Assembly: GCA_033853355.1 (NCBI GenBank)
Contig: JAWOLP010000002.1
Location: forward strand, 1-50,508
Source of the DNA: Candidatus Micrarchaeia archaeon
GTDB lineage: Archaea > Micrarchaeota > Micrarchaeia > Anstonellales > Bilamarchaeaceae
Direction: 5' to 3'
Length of the DNA: 50,508 nt
The notes beneath the pieces were generated by a model. That model was not told where the DNA came from, searched no databases, and was given only the letters and a program-made list of their open reading frames with translations. Below are positions 17,134-26,271 of this stretch, in pieces (position 1 is the first letter of the stretch; each line of letters begins with the position of its first letter). Both the position numbers and the translations under genes were made by a program.

Positions 17134-18591
17134 TCAGTCCTTGACGTCGATCTGCGCCTTCTGCAGCCTGCCGGAATAGTCCACGTACACCGTCTTCACG
17201 TGCGAGAACTCGTCGAGCCCCATGATGCCGGCCTCCCTGGTGTGCCCGGTCTTCTTCACGCCCCCGAAAGGCAGGTGCACCTCGGATCCGATGGTGCTCG
17301 CGTTCACGTAAGTGAGCCCGGCGTCTATCTTCCCTATCGCGCGGAAGGCGCTGTTCACGTCCCTTGTGTATATGGAAGAGCTCAGGCCGTACTCGACCGA
17401 ATTGGCCAGCTCGATGGCCTCGTCGAGGGTGTCGAACTCGAGGACCGAGAGGACCGGGCCGAATATCTCCTCCTTCGCGATCTTCATGTCCGGCTCCACC
17501 GAATCGAAGATGGTCGGAGGGTAGAAATACCCCTTGCGCGAGGGCTTCCTCCCTCCGCAGAGCATCTTCGCCCCCTCCTCGTGGCCGATCTGCACGTAGC
17601 GCTCGGTCTTCTCCAGCGCGGCCCTGTTTATCAGAGGGCCGATCTCGGTGCTTTTCTCCCGCGGGTCGCCGAGCCTCATCCGCCTCGCCTTCCCCACGAG
17701 CATGGAGAGCAGCTTCTTCTTTATCTTCCTGCTCGCTATCACCCTGCTCGCCGCCGTGCACCTCTGGCCGGTGGTGCCGAACGCGCCCCAGATTATCCCT
17801 TCGAAGGCCAGGTCCAGATCCGCATCCTCCATGACGATTATGGGGTTCTTGCCGCCGAGCTCCAGCCCGACCTTCTTGAGCCCCGCGTTCCTGGTTATCC
17901 ATTCCCCGGTGTCCTTGGAGCCCGTGAAGGACAGGCCGTCGATCTTCGGGTGCTTCACGATCGCCTCGCCCACTTCCGAAGCCGGCCCGGTCACGAGGTT
18001 GACCACGCCCGGCGGGACCCCGGCCTTCTCCATTATCCTCACCAGCTCATACACGCAGAGAGGCGTGTCGGAGCTGGGCTTGATTATCACGCTGTTCCCG
18101 CAGACGAGGGCAGGCGCCAGCTTCCAGCCTGGTATGGCTATCGGGAAGTTCCAGGGCGTTATGAGCCCCATCACCCCGACCGGCCTCCGCACCGTCATGG
18201 AGAACTTCTCCCGCAGCTCGCTCGTCGTCGTGTTCCCGAGCAGCCTGCGGCCCTCGCCCGCGAAATACTCGAATATGTCTATGGCCTCCTGCACGTCGCC
18301 CAGAGCCTCGGGCATCACTTTGCCCATCTCGGTGGCGACCAGCCTCCCCAGGCGCGGCTTCTCCTGCCGCAGCAGCTGGGCGATCCGCAGCAGCACGAGG
18401 CCCCTTTTGGGCGGGGGGGTCTCGGACCAGGGGCGGAAGGCCCCGGCCGCGGCATCGACCGCCATCCGAACGTGCTCGGCCGTCCCCTTCGAGACCTTCG
18501 CGAGCACGGTCTCATCGGTCGGGTTCAGGTCGTCAAAAGCTGATTCCGCGCTGATCCATTCTCCTCCGATATACATCTTATACGGAGCCAT
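17134..18591 (-). CDS. NAD(P)-dependent aldehyde dehydrogenase
   Basis: ITPWNFP, FTGS, LELGGKNP, GQRCTA, EEIFGP; start reassigned to MAPYKMYIGG. Confidence 0.95.
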   Translation of the reverse strand: MAPYKMYIGGEWISAESAFDDLNPTDETVLAKVSKGTAEHVRMAVDAAAGAFRPWSETPPPKRGLVLLRIAQLLRQEKPRLGRLVATEMGKVMPEALGDVQEAIDIFEYFAGEGRRLLGNTTTSELREKFSMTVRRPVGVMGLITPWNFPIAIPGWKLAPALVCGNSVIIKPSSDTPLCVYELVRIMEKAGVPPGVVNLVTGPASEVGEAIVKHPKIDGLSFTGSKDTGEWITRNAGLKKVGLELGGKNPIIVMEDADLDLAFEGIIWGAFGTTGQRCTAASRVIASRKIKKKLLSMLVGKARRMRLGDPREKSTEIGPLINRAALEKTERYVQIGHEEGAKMLCGGRKPSRKGYFYPPTIFDSVEPDMKIAKEEIFGPVLSVLEFDTLDEAIELANSVEYGLSSSIYTRDVNSAFRAIGKIDAGLTYVNASTIGSEVHLPFGGVKKTGHTREAGIMGLDEFSHVKTVYVDYSGRLQKAQIDVKD

Positions 18592-18642
18592 GGTATGGAA
18601 CGCGTCTTTACGCCATATAAACCTTCCCGCAGATGGATTGCC

Positions 18643-19143
18643 ATGATCCTGCCGAGACAGCATCTGGAGGAGGCGAACATATTCGAGAACCTGCACAGCA
18701 GCCAGTACCAGCCGTGCGGCATAGACATTACGCTCAAGGAGGTCTACCGTTTCAAGAGCGCCGGCATGATAGACTTCGACAACAGCGAGAGGAAGCTGAG
18801 CGAGGTGGAGCCGGTCGCCTTCGAGCCCAACGAGGGGGAAGCGGGCAAGGTCTTCCTCAGGCCCGGCGCTTACAAGGTCATGTTCAACGAATACGTGAGG
18901 ATTCCGAAGGATGTGGCCGCACTCTGCCTGCCGCGCTCGTCGCTCCTCCGCTGCGGCGTAACGCTGGAATGCGCGGTGTGGGACCCGGGCTACGAGGGGC
19001 GGAGCGAGGCGCTTCTCGTGGTGCGGAACGAGCACGGAGTCGGGCTCAAGAGGAGGGCGAAGATCGGGCAGATGGTCTTCATAACGCTTGCAGAGGGCGC
19101 GAGCCATGTCTATGAAGGCAGGTATAAGGGAGAGAACAAATGA
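18643..19143 (+). CDS. dut: Archaeal dUTPase (dCTP deaminase/dUTPase family)
   Basis: QPCGIDITL, PRSSLLRCG, VWDPGYEGRSE, IGQMVF. Confidence 0.82.
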   Translation: MILPRQHLEEANIFENLHSSQYQPCGIDITLKEVYRFKSAGMIDFDNSERKLSEVEPVAFEPNEGEAGKVFLRPGAYKVMFNEYVRIPKDVAALCLPRSSLLRCGVTLECAVWDPGYEGRSEALLVVRNEHGVGLKRRAKIGQMVFITLAEGASHVYEGRYKGENK

Positions 19144-19998
19144 TCAGAATCCCGCCTCCGCGATCAGCCTCTGTGCCGGCCCATCGCGGAAAATCATCTC
19201 GCCGATATGGAAGAATATGAATTCGAAATCGGTGATGTCCGCAGGATCCTTCCCGCTGATCTCGACCAGTTTCCGGACGGCGGCAATCCTATCATCCCGC
19301 TCAGACCATCTGAACTTCGAAGGGATCGCGGAGATGTATCCCATCCCGAACAATTCCTCCTTCTTGCCTTCCGCGATGCGCCGCTCCGCCTCGGCCCGTG
19401 CTGCATCGACGGCTTGGTTGTCATAACGGATCGTCCCGCTGAGCCGCCCGACCCTCCTGTCCGAAGTGAGCAGTTGGGCGCCGCGATCGATGGCGCTCAG
19501 GTATATCAGCGCATCGTCCTTGCATAGCCCGGATGATTTCTGGAACCGCTTCAGCCTGCTTTCGACTGCCCAGCTGACATCCAGGATCTTGCTGCTCCGC
19601 TTGATCGTCTCGAGGAATTCAACCATCCGCTCCGGAGGCTGGCGATGCTTCATGAACACCCTCTCCGCTTCCTCAAGGGTCACCACAGAAGTCGCGAGGA
19701 GAATCGCGGGCTGCTCCACGAACCGCCTCACGCCGTTCCTCCCATAAAGGCAGTCTATCCAAGCGCAGGTGTCCAGTGCGAGGAGGCCGCCCTTCCATGC
19801 GCGATTGGTGCGTATCCTCTCATCCTTCTTCCTTGGCAAGAGCTCCCTGACCCCCTTCTCCGTGACGCAGATATGCCCCCGCTCGATCAGGAACCTCTCG
19901 AGCCACGCGCCGAACTCGTCCCGCCTCCTGGCCATCTCAGGGCCGAATCTGAACTCCGGCATGAAATTGACCCGGGGGGCAAGCGGCCTCTGATTCAT
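19144..19998 (-). CDS. PIN-domain protein with N- and C-terminal extensions
   Basis: ALDTCAWID…TLEEA…DDALI…LLTSD; TATA-rich stretch at 20000-20010. Confidence 0.78.
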   Translation of the reverse strand: MNQRPLAPRVNFMPEFRFGPEMARRRDEFGAWLERFLIERGHICVTEKGVRELLPRKKDERIRTNRAWKGGLLALDTCAWIDCLYGRNGVRRFVEQPAILLATSVVTLEEAERVFMKHRQPPERMVEFLETIKRSSKILDVSWAVESRLKRFQKSSGLCKDDALIYLSAIDRGAQLLTSDRRVGRLSGTIRYDNQAVDAARAEAERRIAEGKKEELFGMGYISAIPSKFRWSERDDRIAAVRKLVEISGKDPADITDFEFIFFHIGEMIFRDGPAQRLIAEAGF

Positions 19999-20030
19999 GT
20001 TATAATTTAAGATAAGAAGCGTTTTAATCG

Positions 20031-21350
20031 CTATCTCTTCCTCAGGAACCGCTCCACAGGCTCCTCGAGGCTCCCGACCCTCTCCTTTATCGTGAACGAC
20101 ACGTGGAGTATCGGGATATCCACCTTCAGCACCCTTGTCAGGTCGGTCGGCGTGCCCGACACCACTATCTCGGCGCCGCTGCCGTTGATCGTAGCGGCGA
20201 GGTCTTTCAGTTGCTTCTCGAAATAGCCCATGGAGGGCACCACGCTCTCCAGGTGCTCGTACTTCTCGTACGTCTCCTTTATCGAGCCGACCGCGAACGG
20301 CCGCGGGTCGATGATCTCCGCCCCGCGCCGATGGGCGTATTCGAATCCCGCCCCGAACTTCATCCCCCCGTGCGTCACGGTCGGGCCGTCCTCCACCACG
20401 ATGACTTTCCTCCCCTGGAGGTTCATCTCGCGGTCGGCGCGCAGCTCCATCTCGGTCTCGACCACTTTCGCGAGCGGGTTCGTCGCCTCCGCATGCTTCC
20501 TTATCCTCTTCACGTCGAGCGAGGCCTCGCTCGACTTGTTGATGACTATGACGTCTGCGGCCCGGAAATTCGTCTCGCCGGGGTAATACCACATCTCATG
20601 GCCCGGCCGGAGCGCGTCCGCCACGGTGAAGAGGAGCCCGGGCTTTATGAACGAGAGGTCGTTGTTGCCCCCGTCCCAGAGGATGACGTCGGCCTCCTTC
20701 TCGGCCCTTTTGAGGATCTCGGCATAGTCGATGCCGGCATAAACGACCGAGCCGTCCTTGATGTGCGGCTCGTACTCCTCCCTCTCCTCTATGGTGCAGT
20801 CGTTCTTGTCGAGGTCCTCCAGCTTGGCGAACCTCTGCACCTTCTGTTTCTCCAGGTCGCCATAAGGCATGGGATGGCGGATGACGGCATACCTTATCCC
20901 CCTGGCCCTGAGCATGCGCGTTATGGTCCTTGAAAGGGCGCTCTTGCCGGCCCCGGTCCGCACCGCCGTGACAGCGATGACCTTCTTCTTGCTCTCGAGC
21001 ATCGTCTCCCTGGGCCCCAGCAATATGAAGCTCGCGCCTTTCGCCTGCGACCGCGAGGCCAGGTGCATCACGTACTCGTGCGAGACGTCCGAGTAAGAGA
21101 AATACACCTCGTCGACCTTGTTCCTCTCGATCAGCTTCTCAAGGTCCTTCTCCTCATATATCGGGATCCCCTTAGGGTAACCCTTGCCGGAAAGGGAAGC
21201 GGGATACCTCCTGTTGGCGATGTTCGGTATCTGGGTGGCGGTGAAACCGACGACCTCGTACTCCCTCTTGCCCCTGAAGAACATGTTGAAGTTGTGGAAA
21301 TCCCTGCCCGCGGCTCCTAGGATGAGGACCTTCTTTTTCATGAACCCCAT
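20031..21350 (-). CDS. arcE: COG2403 P-loop protein, probable arginine synthetase (ArcE-like)
   Basis: GAAGRDFHNFN, RTGAGKS, RHPMPYG, EEREEYE, WDGGNND, EDGPT.THGG; divergent from carbamate kinase. Confidence 0.75.
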   Translation of the reverse strand: MGFMKKKVLILGAAGRDFHNFNMFFRGKREYEVVGFTATQIPNIANRRYPASLSGKGYPKGIPIYEEKDLEKLIERNKVDEVYFSYSDVSHEYVMHLASRSQAKGASFILLGPRETMLESKKKVIAVTAVRTGAGKSALSRTITRMLRARGIRYAVIRHPMPYGDLEKQKVQRFAKLEDLDKNDCTIEEREEYEPHIKDGSVVYAGIDYAEILKRAEKEADVILWDGGNNDLSFIKPGLLFTVADALRPGHEMWYYPGETNFRAADVIVINKSSEASLDVKRIRKHAEATNPLAKVVETEMELRADREMNLQGRKVIVVEDGPTVTHGGMKFGAGFEYAHRRGAEIIDPRPFAVGSIKETYEKYEHLESVVPSMGYFEKQLKDLAATINGSGAEIVVSGTPTDLTRVLKVDIPILHVSFTIKERVGSLEEPVERFLRKR

Positions 21351-21425
21351 ACTTGCTAAACTTTTTTTATCCTATCCACATGATCACGGAAGATGGCCCG
21401 GCAGATGGCGGATGATCGATGTCGC

Positions 21426-21647
21426 TCATCCGGCTCTTTTCGGCCTGATGAGGAACACGTAGGCGAAAGCGGCGATGAAGATCGCGAGAGGGACCAAAAA
21501 GAGCGGATTCCTCAGAGAGGCCAGAAACGCGTAGTAGATTATCAGCAGGGTCAGGCAGGCGAATGCGGCTATAGTGACGGATGCGACTATCCTGGGGAGG
21601 AGCGGTTTCCCGTCTTGGCCGCCAGCAGGTTCTCCGGAAGGGCCCAT
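21426..21647 (-). CDS. Small two-helix membrane protein (73 aa)
   Basis: Two hydrophobic helices and a basic tail. Confidence 0.55.
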   Translation of the reverse strand: MGPSGEPAGGQDGKPLLPRIVASVTIAAFACLTLLIIYYAFLASLRNPLFLVPLAIFIAAFAYVFLIRPKRAG

Positions 21648-21699
21648 CAGGATCGTTAAGGGAGTCAGCCTAATAAAGCCAGTGCAATATGACTCCTGC

Positions 21700-22560
21700 A
21701 TGCGCATCGTCATAGCGCTCGGAGGCAACGCCCTCCAGCCGAAGGGGGGGAAGGGGACGGCCAGGGAGCAGGAGGCCGCCGCTGCCCGCGCCCTCCACAG
21801 GCTCGCCGTGGCCATGCGAGGCCATGAGGTCGCGCTCACCCATGGGAACGGCCCGCAGGTCGGCTCGCTGCTCCTCCAGCAGCAGGCGAGCCGGGAAGCG
21901 CCCCCCATGCCCCTCGATGTCCTGGACGCCATGACGCAGGGCGAGATCGGCTACTTCATACAGCGGTCGCTGCCGCGCCGCTCGGCCGCGATCCTGACGC
22001 GGGTGGAGGTGGACGAGCGCGACAGCGCTTTCAGGCGCCCCACCAAGCCCATCGGGCCGTTCCACAGGAAGAAGGGGAAGGGGATGGTGATGGATGCGGG
22101 CAGGGGATACCGCCTGGTCGTTCCCTCCCCGATGCCGGTCGATATCCTGGAGAAGGAGGCCATACTGGCCCTGCTCAAGAAAGGGTTCATAGTTGTGTGC
22201 GGGGGCGGAGGAGGGATCCCGGTCGCCAAGGACGGCCGCGGCCTGCAGGCGGTGATCGACAAGGACAACTTCTCCTCGCTCCTGGCCACGCTGGTCGGGG
22301 CGCATACGCTCATCTTCGTGACCTCCGTCGATGCGGCCTGCACCGGTTTCGGCACCGCCGGCCAGAGGGAGGTGCGCAAGGCCGATGCGCGCCGCATGGA
22401 TGAGCTCCTCGAGGAAGGCCAGTTCGCAGAAGGCAGCATGAAGCCGAAAGTGTCGGCCGCGCTCCGCTTCCTGGGCAGGGGCGGGAGAAGGGCCGTCATC
22501 TGCTCGATAGGCAACGTCGGCGCCGCGCTGCGGGGCAAGGCCGGCACGACGATCGTCTGA
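21700..22560 (+). CDS. arcC: Carbamate kinase
   Basis: IALGGNAL, THGNGPQVG, PTKPIGP, VVPSP.P, GGGGIPV, AVIDKD, GSMKPKV. Confidence 0.95.
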   Translation: MRIVIALGGNALQPKGGKGTAREQEAAAARALHRLAVAMRGHEVALTHGNGPQVGSLLLQQQASREAPPMPLDVLDAMTQGEIGYFIQRSLPRRSAAILTRVEVDERDSAFRRPTKPIGPFHRKKGKGMVMDAGRGYRLVVPSPMPVDILEKEAILALLKKGFIVVCGGGGGIPVAKDGRGLQAVIDKDNFSSLLATLVGAHTLIFVTSVDAACTGFGTAGQREVRKADARRMDELLEEGQFAEGSMKPKVSAALRFLGRGGRRAVICSIGNVGAALRGKAGTTIV

Positions 22561-22604
22561 GCGGCCGCTGGAGTGGTTTTAAAGCTTGCATCGGACTCTC
22601 ACGC

Positions 22605-23024
22605 ATGGCCATGAAGACCTGCCGTGCAGAAGCGAGCGAGGACAGGATATCGGACGCTTTCCCCCGCATCAAAGGGCCCCAGGCCCCCGACGCGCACCCC
22701 CTCCATGAGAACGTCCTTGCGCTTCCGTCAGCGTCATCGCGCGACTTCCGCACCCTCGGCGAAATGGCGGATTATGTCGACTCCCATGATCCGGAAGGGG
22801 CAAGGACGCTCAAGCACCACAATCTTATCGCGCTCGTGAGCTGTATCGAGCTTTCCGGAAGCGATGAGCGGTCGAAGTCCCTCTACTCGGCTAGGCTCAG
22901 GTGGCGCCTTTCGAAGCTGCCCTCCGCGGCCCTCGGCCTCCTGGAAGAGAAATCGCCCTCGGATATCGTCCGGGCTGCCGCATCCGGCCTGCTCCAGGAG
23001 CGGGATCCTACACGTCGAGTATGA
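22605..23024 (+). CDS. Hypothetical protein
   Basis: ORF ~20 bp after TTTTAAA; no motif. Confidence 0.55.
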   Translation: MAMKTCRAEASEDRISDAFPRIKGPQAPDAHPLHENVLALPSASSRDFRTLGEMADYVDSHDPEGARTLKHHNLIALVSCIELSGSDERSKSLYSARLRWRLSKLPSAALGLLEEKSPSDIVRAAASGLLQERDPTRRV

Positions 23025-23439
23025 CGAACGCCCTCCAGCCGCCTTCCTTCTCCTCGACCTTGAACATGTGCCAGCTGACGGCCTTCACGTCGACTAGCAG
23101 CTCGTGCTTTTTTGGGTCGATGGGCTCGCCTTTGATGCTCGCCCGCAGCTTCAGGCCTTTTCCGCCTTCGCTTATCTTGAGCCTATACTCCCGGAAAAGC
23201 AGGACGTCCGCATCCTTGTAGAATATGAGCTCCTGGAGGAACTTGTGGAGCAGCCTCTCGGCGTCCTTCTCGTCCAGCTCGAACCTCCTCTCCTCCTTCG
23301 CGCTCACGCTGGCGAGGTCCTTGACCTGGGTGTTCATGAGCGCTTCGCCGGCGCTCACGAACATCTCCTCGATGGTCCTGCCGCTGGCCTCGAACGCAAC
23401 GTCCGCTATCGATACATCATCCACGAACCGATAAGGCAT
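23008..23439 (-). CDS. Archease (RtcB activator)
   Basis: YRFVDDVSIADVAFEASG, FLQELIFYKD, DVKAVSWH, AFVILDV. Confidence 0.93.
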   Translation of the reverse strand: MPYRFVDDVSIADVAFEASGRTIEEMFVSAGEALMNTQVKDLASVSAKEERRFELDEKDAERLLHKFLQELIFYKDADVLLFREYRLKISEGGKGLKLRASIKGEPIDPKKHELLVDVKAVSWHMFKVEEKEGGWRAFVILDV

Positions 23440-23462
23440 TTTTTTCCTCCAAGGGATGCCGG

Positions 23463-23530
23463 CATTTTCGCGAGCGGCTGCGAGCGAAAATTAGCAACCG
23501 CGTTTTTGTGCCCTTTTTTCTAAAAAGGGC
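23463..23530 (+). repeat. Intergenic composite palindromic repeat (module B + module A), homologous to the 3' half of the tRNA-Glu intron
   Basis: CATTTTCGCGAGCGGCTGCGAGCGAAAATTAGCAA-N4-GTTTTTGTGCCCTTTTTTCTAAAAAGGGC versus 30993-31062. Confidence 0.8.
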
Positions 23531-23621
23531 GAACCAGTCCCCCCAAGCCCCTCATTCGCTTGGCATAAGTTGGCCATATCATCGGGGCTCCGGGATCATC
23601 CGGAGATGGATCGGCGGCAAG

Positions 23622-24497
23622 CTATATAATGCACCGCTCCATCAGCTCCCTGACCTCCTCCCTGCGCTTAGACGCCCCCTTGCCTATGAATACGAGCTCG
23701 GTCCTGTAGCAGTCGTACTCCTCGATGGAGTACCTTCCGGCCACGTAGTTGACGAAGAATCCCGCCTCGCTGGTCGCGAAGAAGCCCTTGCACCGATATA
23801 TCTCCGGCGGAAGCGCCTCGATGGCCTCGACCATCCTGTCCCTGTCGAACCTCTCGTCCGACACGAAATCGAAATAATCGAACTCGATCCGATGGGTTTT
23901 GTGGGGGTGGAGGGGCGCGGCGCGCTTCACCCCGAACAGCACGGCCGTATCGAACTCGCACTTCACGGTCTCGATCATGACCGAGCGCGGGTTGAGGCGC
24001 CGGACTCCGGCAGACACGCCCTCCAGCGCCCGCTCGTCGATGAGGTCGATCTTGTTCATCACCAGGATGTCCGCCAGCTCGATCTGCTCGCGGCCGGTAT
24101 GCCCAAGCGACGGGAACCTCACGAGCGAATCGCAGTCGACGACCGTGACGATGGCGTCCAGCCTCACCCCGTCTATGTTGTCGATGACGTCCTGCGCCAG
24201 CGCCGTCGGCTCGGCCACGCCGGTCGTCTCGACGATTATCCATTCAGGCTGCACCTTCTCGAGCATCTCCTTCACTGCCGCCTCGAACTCCCCCGAGAGC
24301 GAGCAGCAGACGCAGCCCCCCGATAGCTCTGCCATCCGGATGTCCTTCCCCTCGATGATGCGGCTGTCTATCGCTATGTCGCCGAACTCGTTCATCAGTA
24401 TCGCGATACGCATCCTGCTCTCGTCGGCTATCCTGCGGAGGAGCGTCGTCTTTCCGGAGCCGAGATAGCCTGTTATGATCGTGACCGGGACAGACAT
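23622..24497 (-). CDS. COG0523/CobW family G3E GTPase (metallochaperone)
   Basis: GYLGSGKTT, NEFG, GCVCC, ETTG, NKID, CobW_C-like tail. Confidence 0.93.
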   Translation of the reverse strand: MSVPVTIITGYLGSGKTTLLRRIADESRMRIAILMNEFGDIAIDSRIIEGKDIRMAELSGGCVCCSLSGEFEAAVKEMLEKVQPEWIIVETTGVAEPTALAQDVIDNIDGVRLDAIVTVVDCDSLVRFPSLGHTGREQIELADILVMNKIDLIDERALEGVSAGVRRLNPRSVMIETVKCEFDTAVLFGVKRAAPLHPHKTHRIEFDYFDFVSDERFDRDRMVEAIEALPPEIYRCKGFFATSEAGFFVNYVAGRYSIEEYDCYRTELVFIGKGASKRREEVRELMERCII

Positions 24498-24649
24498 GCG
24501 TTTAATGGACAGGGAAACGGTTAAATCGTTTGGGGGTAAATGGCGGAGGCGCCGGATGCTCTCAAACCGCCGCCGGCTCCTAGCCTATCCGCTTTCCGTG
24601 GAAGCGGGGCACCGAAGACGAGCGCGTGCCGGCGCAAAGCAGGGGCCGA

Positions 24650-25702
24650 TTAACCCGGCTCATCGGTTCCCCCGTCCCATCCCATCTCTGCGAGCTTCCT
24701 GCGCAGCCGCTCGAGGCTCTCGTTCTCTATCTGCCTCACCCTCTCGCGGGAAAGATCGTATCCCTTGCCGACCTCCTGGAGCGTGTGCTCCGCCCCGTCG
24801 AAGCCGAACCTCTTTATCATGATATCCTTGGCCCTCGGGCCGAGCGTGGCGAGGAGCCGCTGCACGACCGCCTTCCGCTCCGAGGCTGAATACAGCTCCT
24901 CGGAGCTTTCGGCATACCTGTCGGGGAGCGTCCCCATCCTGTCCTGCTCATCATCTTCATCCTGCCTCCACCGGACCTCCTCCATCGCGGCCATGTCTCT
25001 GATCGCGGCGACTTTCTTGGGTTTCAGGCCGGTCCCTTCCGCTATCTCCTCATCGGTGGCCGCCCTTCCGTTCTTGGCCCGGAATTCGGCGCTGAACATG
25101 TGCACCTTCTTTGCAAGCTCCTCCATATGCACCGGCACCCTCACGGTCCGGTCCTGGTCGGCCATGGCCCTCTGCATGTAGCTCCTTATCCACCAGGTGG
25201 CATACGTCGAGAACTTGTATCCTTTCCTGTAATCGAACTTCTCCATCGCCTTCTCGCTCATGCCGCGGTTCCCTTCCTGGACCAGGTCGTTGTATGTCAA
25301 GTGCCGGAGCGCCCTTCCCCGGCACATCCTGCCGGCCATCTTGTGCACCATTCCCTGGTTCGACTTCACGACCACGCTCCTGATAAGGCGCCTCTGGGAC
25401 TCGTGAGCGGCGATCTCTTCCTGGATCTGTTCCATCGGCTGCCCATTTCCCTCCTTCGCCATCTTCCGGAGGCTCCTGAGCTCCTTGCCTATCTTCCCGT
25501 ACAATCTGAATATCCAGGCTTCCTCCTCTCGCTCCAGGGGCCTTTGCCTCCTAGCCGAGAGGGCGTTCAGCCTCGAGGAATCGCCGGGGGTGGGCGCGGG
25601 CTCCTTCGCTATGTGCTCGCTGGCCGGATCGAGGAGCCTGAAAGGCTGCTTGCCGGTGTCCTGCCTCTTCCCTTCTGCTTCAAGCGGGAGGTTCAGTACC
25701 AT
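24650..25702 (-). CDS. Sigma-70 family (RpoD/RpoS-like) RNA polymerase sigma factor homologue
   Basis: [41 protein letters not shown]…SRERVRQIE. Confidence 0.92.
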   Translation of the reverse strand: MVLNLPLEAEGKRQDTGKQPFRLLDPASEHIAKEPAPTPGDSSRLNALSARRQRPLEREEEAWIFRLYGKIGKELRSLRKMAKEGNGQPMEQIQEEIAAHESQRRLIRSVVVKSNQGMVHKMAGRMCRGRALRHLTYNDLVQEGNRGMSEKAMEKFDYRKGYKFSTYATWWIRSYMQRAMADQDRTVRVPVHMEELAKKVHMFSAEFRAKNGRAATDEEIAEGTGLKPKKVAAIRDMAAMEEVRWRQDEDDEQDRMGTLPDRYAESSEELYSASERKAVVQRLLATLGPRAKDIMIKRFGFDGAEHTLQEVGKGYDLSRERVRQIENESLERLRRKLAEMGWDGGTDEPG

Positions 25703-25724
25703 CGTATCCTATAGACCTGAAATG

Positions 25725-25734
25725 ATTTATAAAT
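25725..25734 (-). promoter_or_regulatory. Archaeal TATA box of the sigma-70-like gene
   Basis: ATTTATAAAT 23-32 bp upstream of the ATG at 25702. Confidence 0.6.
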
Positions 25735-25815
25735 AGTCGCACTTCGTGGGAATGAACGGAACAACCGGACGGCAGGCGGCCTCGCTTTAAATAACGGTCC
25801 CTGGAACTAACCCCC

Positions 25816-26271
25816 ATGCGCAACAAGCTCATCGGGCCGCTGAGGCAGGGGAAGGCGGACCTCACCTTCAGGCTCGGCGCGAGGGACGTCCTGGTGGACC
25901 GGCTCTTCGACCCTCAGGACCAGATGGAGGCGTTCGCCAAAAGCGTCGTCCCGAAGAAGCTCTCGGTGCTCTCGCTCCAGCTCCAGTGCCTCGGATGCCC
26001 TGACGAAGGGATCGAGAGTCTCCTCCGCCACCTGGCCGTGGAGAAGCGGCTGAGCCTTCGCGAGCTCTCGGACTACCTCGACATCGTTGGGACCTGCGTC
26101 GGCAGCCTGCCGCAGCCGCTGGATGTGATCCGGGCAGTGGCGGACAACGCCCTCGGTTTCCAGCCTGACGGCCGGAGCGCTCTGGCTTGCGCCATGCGCC
26201 TTCTCCGCGATTTCGCTTCCATGCCCCCCAGAGACGCCCCGGCGGCACTCGCCGCGCTGAGAGGGAACTAG
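25816..26271 (+). CDS. Hypothetical protein
   Basis: TTTAAATA ~25 bp upstream; genome-typical codons. Confidence 0.65.
   Translation: MRNKLIGPLRQGKADLTFRLGARDVLVDRLFDPQDQMEAFAKSVVPKKLSVLSLQLQCLGCPDEGIESLLRHLAVEKRLSLRELSDYLDIVGTCVGSLPQPLDVIRAVADNALGFQPDGRSALACAMRLLRDFASMPPRDAPAALAALRGN

Noticed and set aside
17134-19107. 657-aa version of the aldehyde dehydrogenase
   Set aside because: The extension is antisense to the dUTPase; family similarity starts at 18591
19144-20592. 482-aa version of the PIN protein
   Set aside because: The extension overlaps the COG2403 gene in another frame and crosses an AT-rich promoter; start placed at 19998
24540-24653. GC-rich hairpins or a 37-aa ORF between the COG0523 and sigma genes (riboswitch or ncRNA?)
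   Set aside because: No recognisable riboswitch consensus, lies upstream of the apparent COG0523 TATA, and hairpins are expected at this GC content
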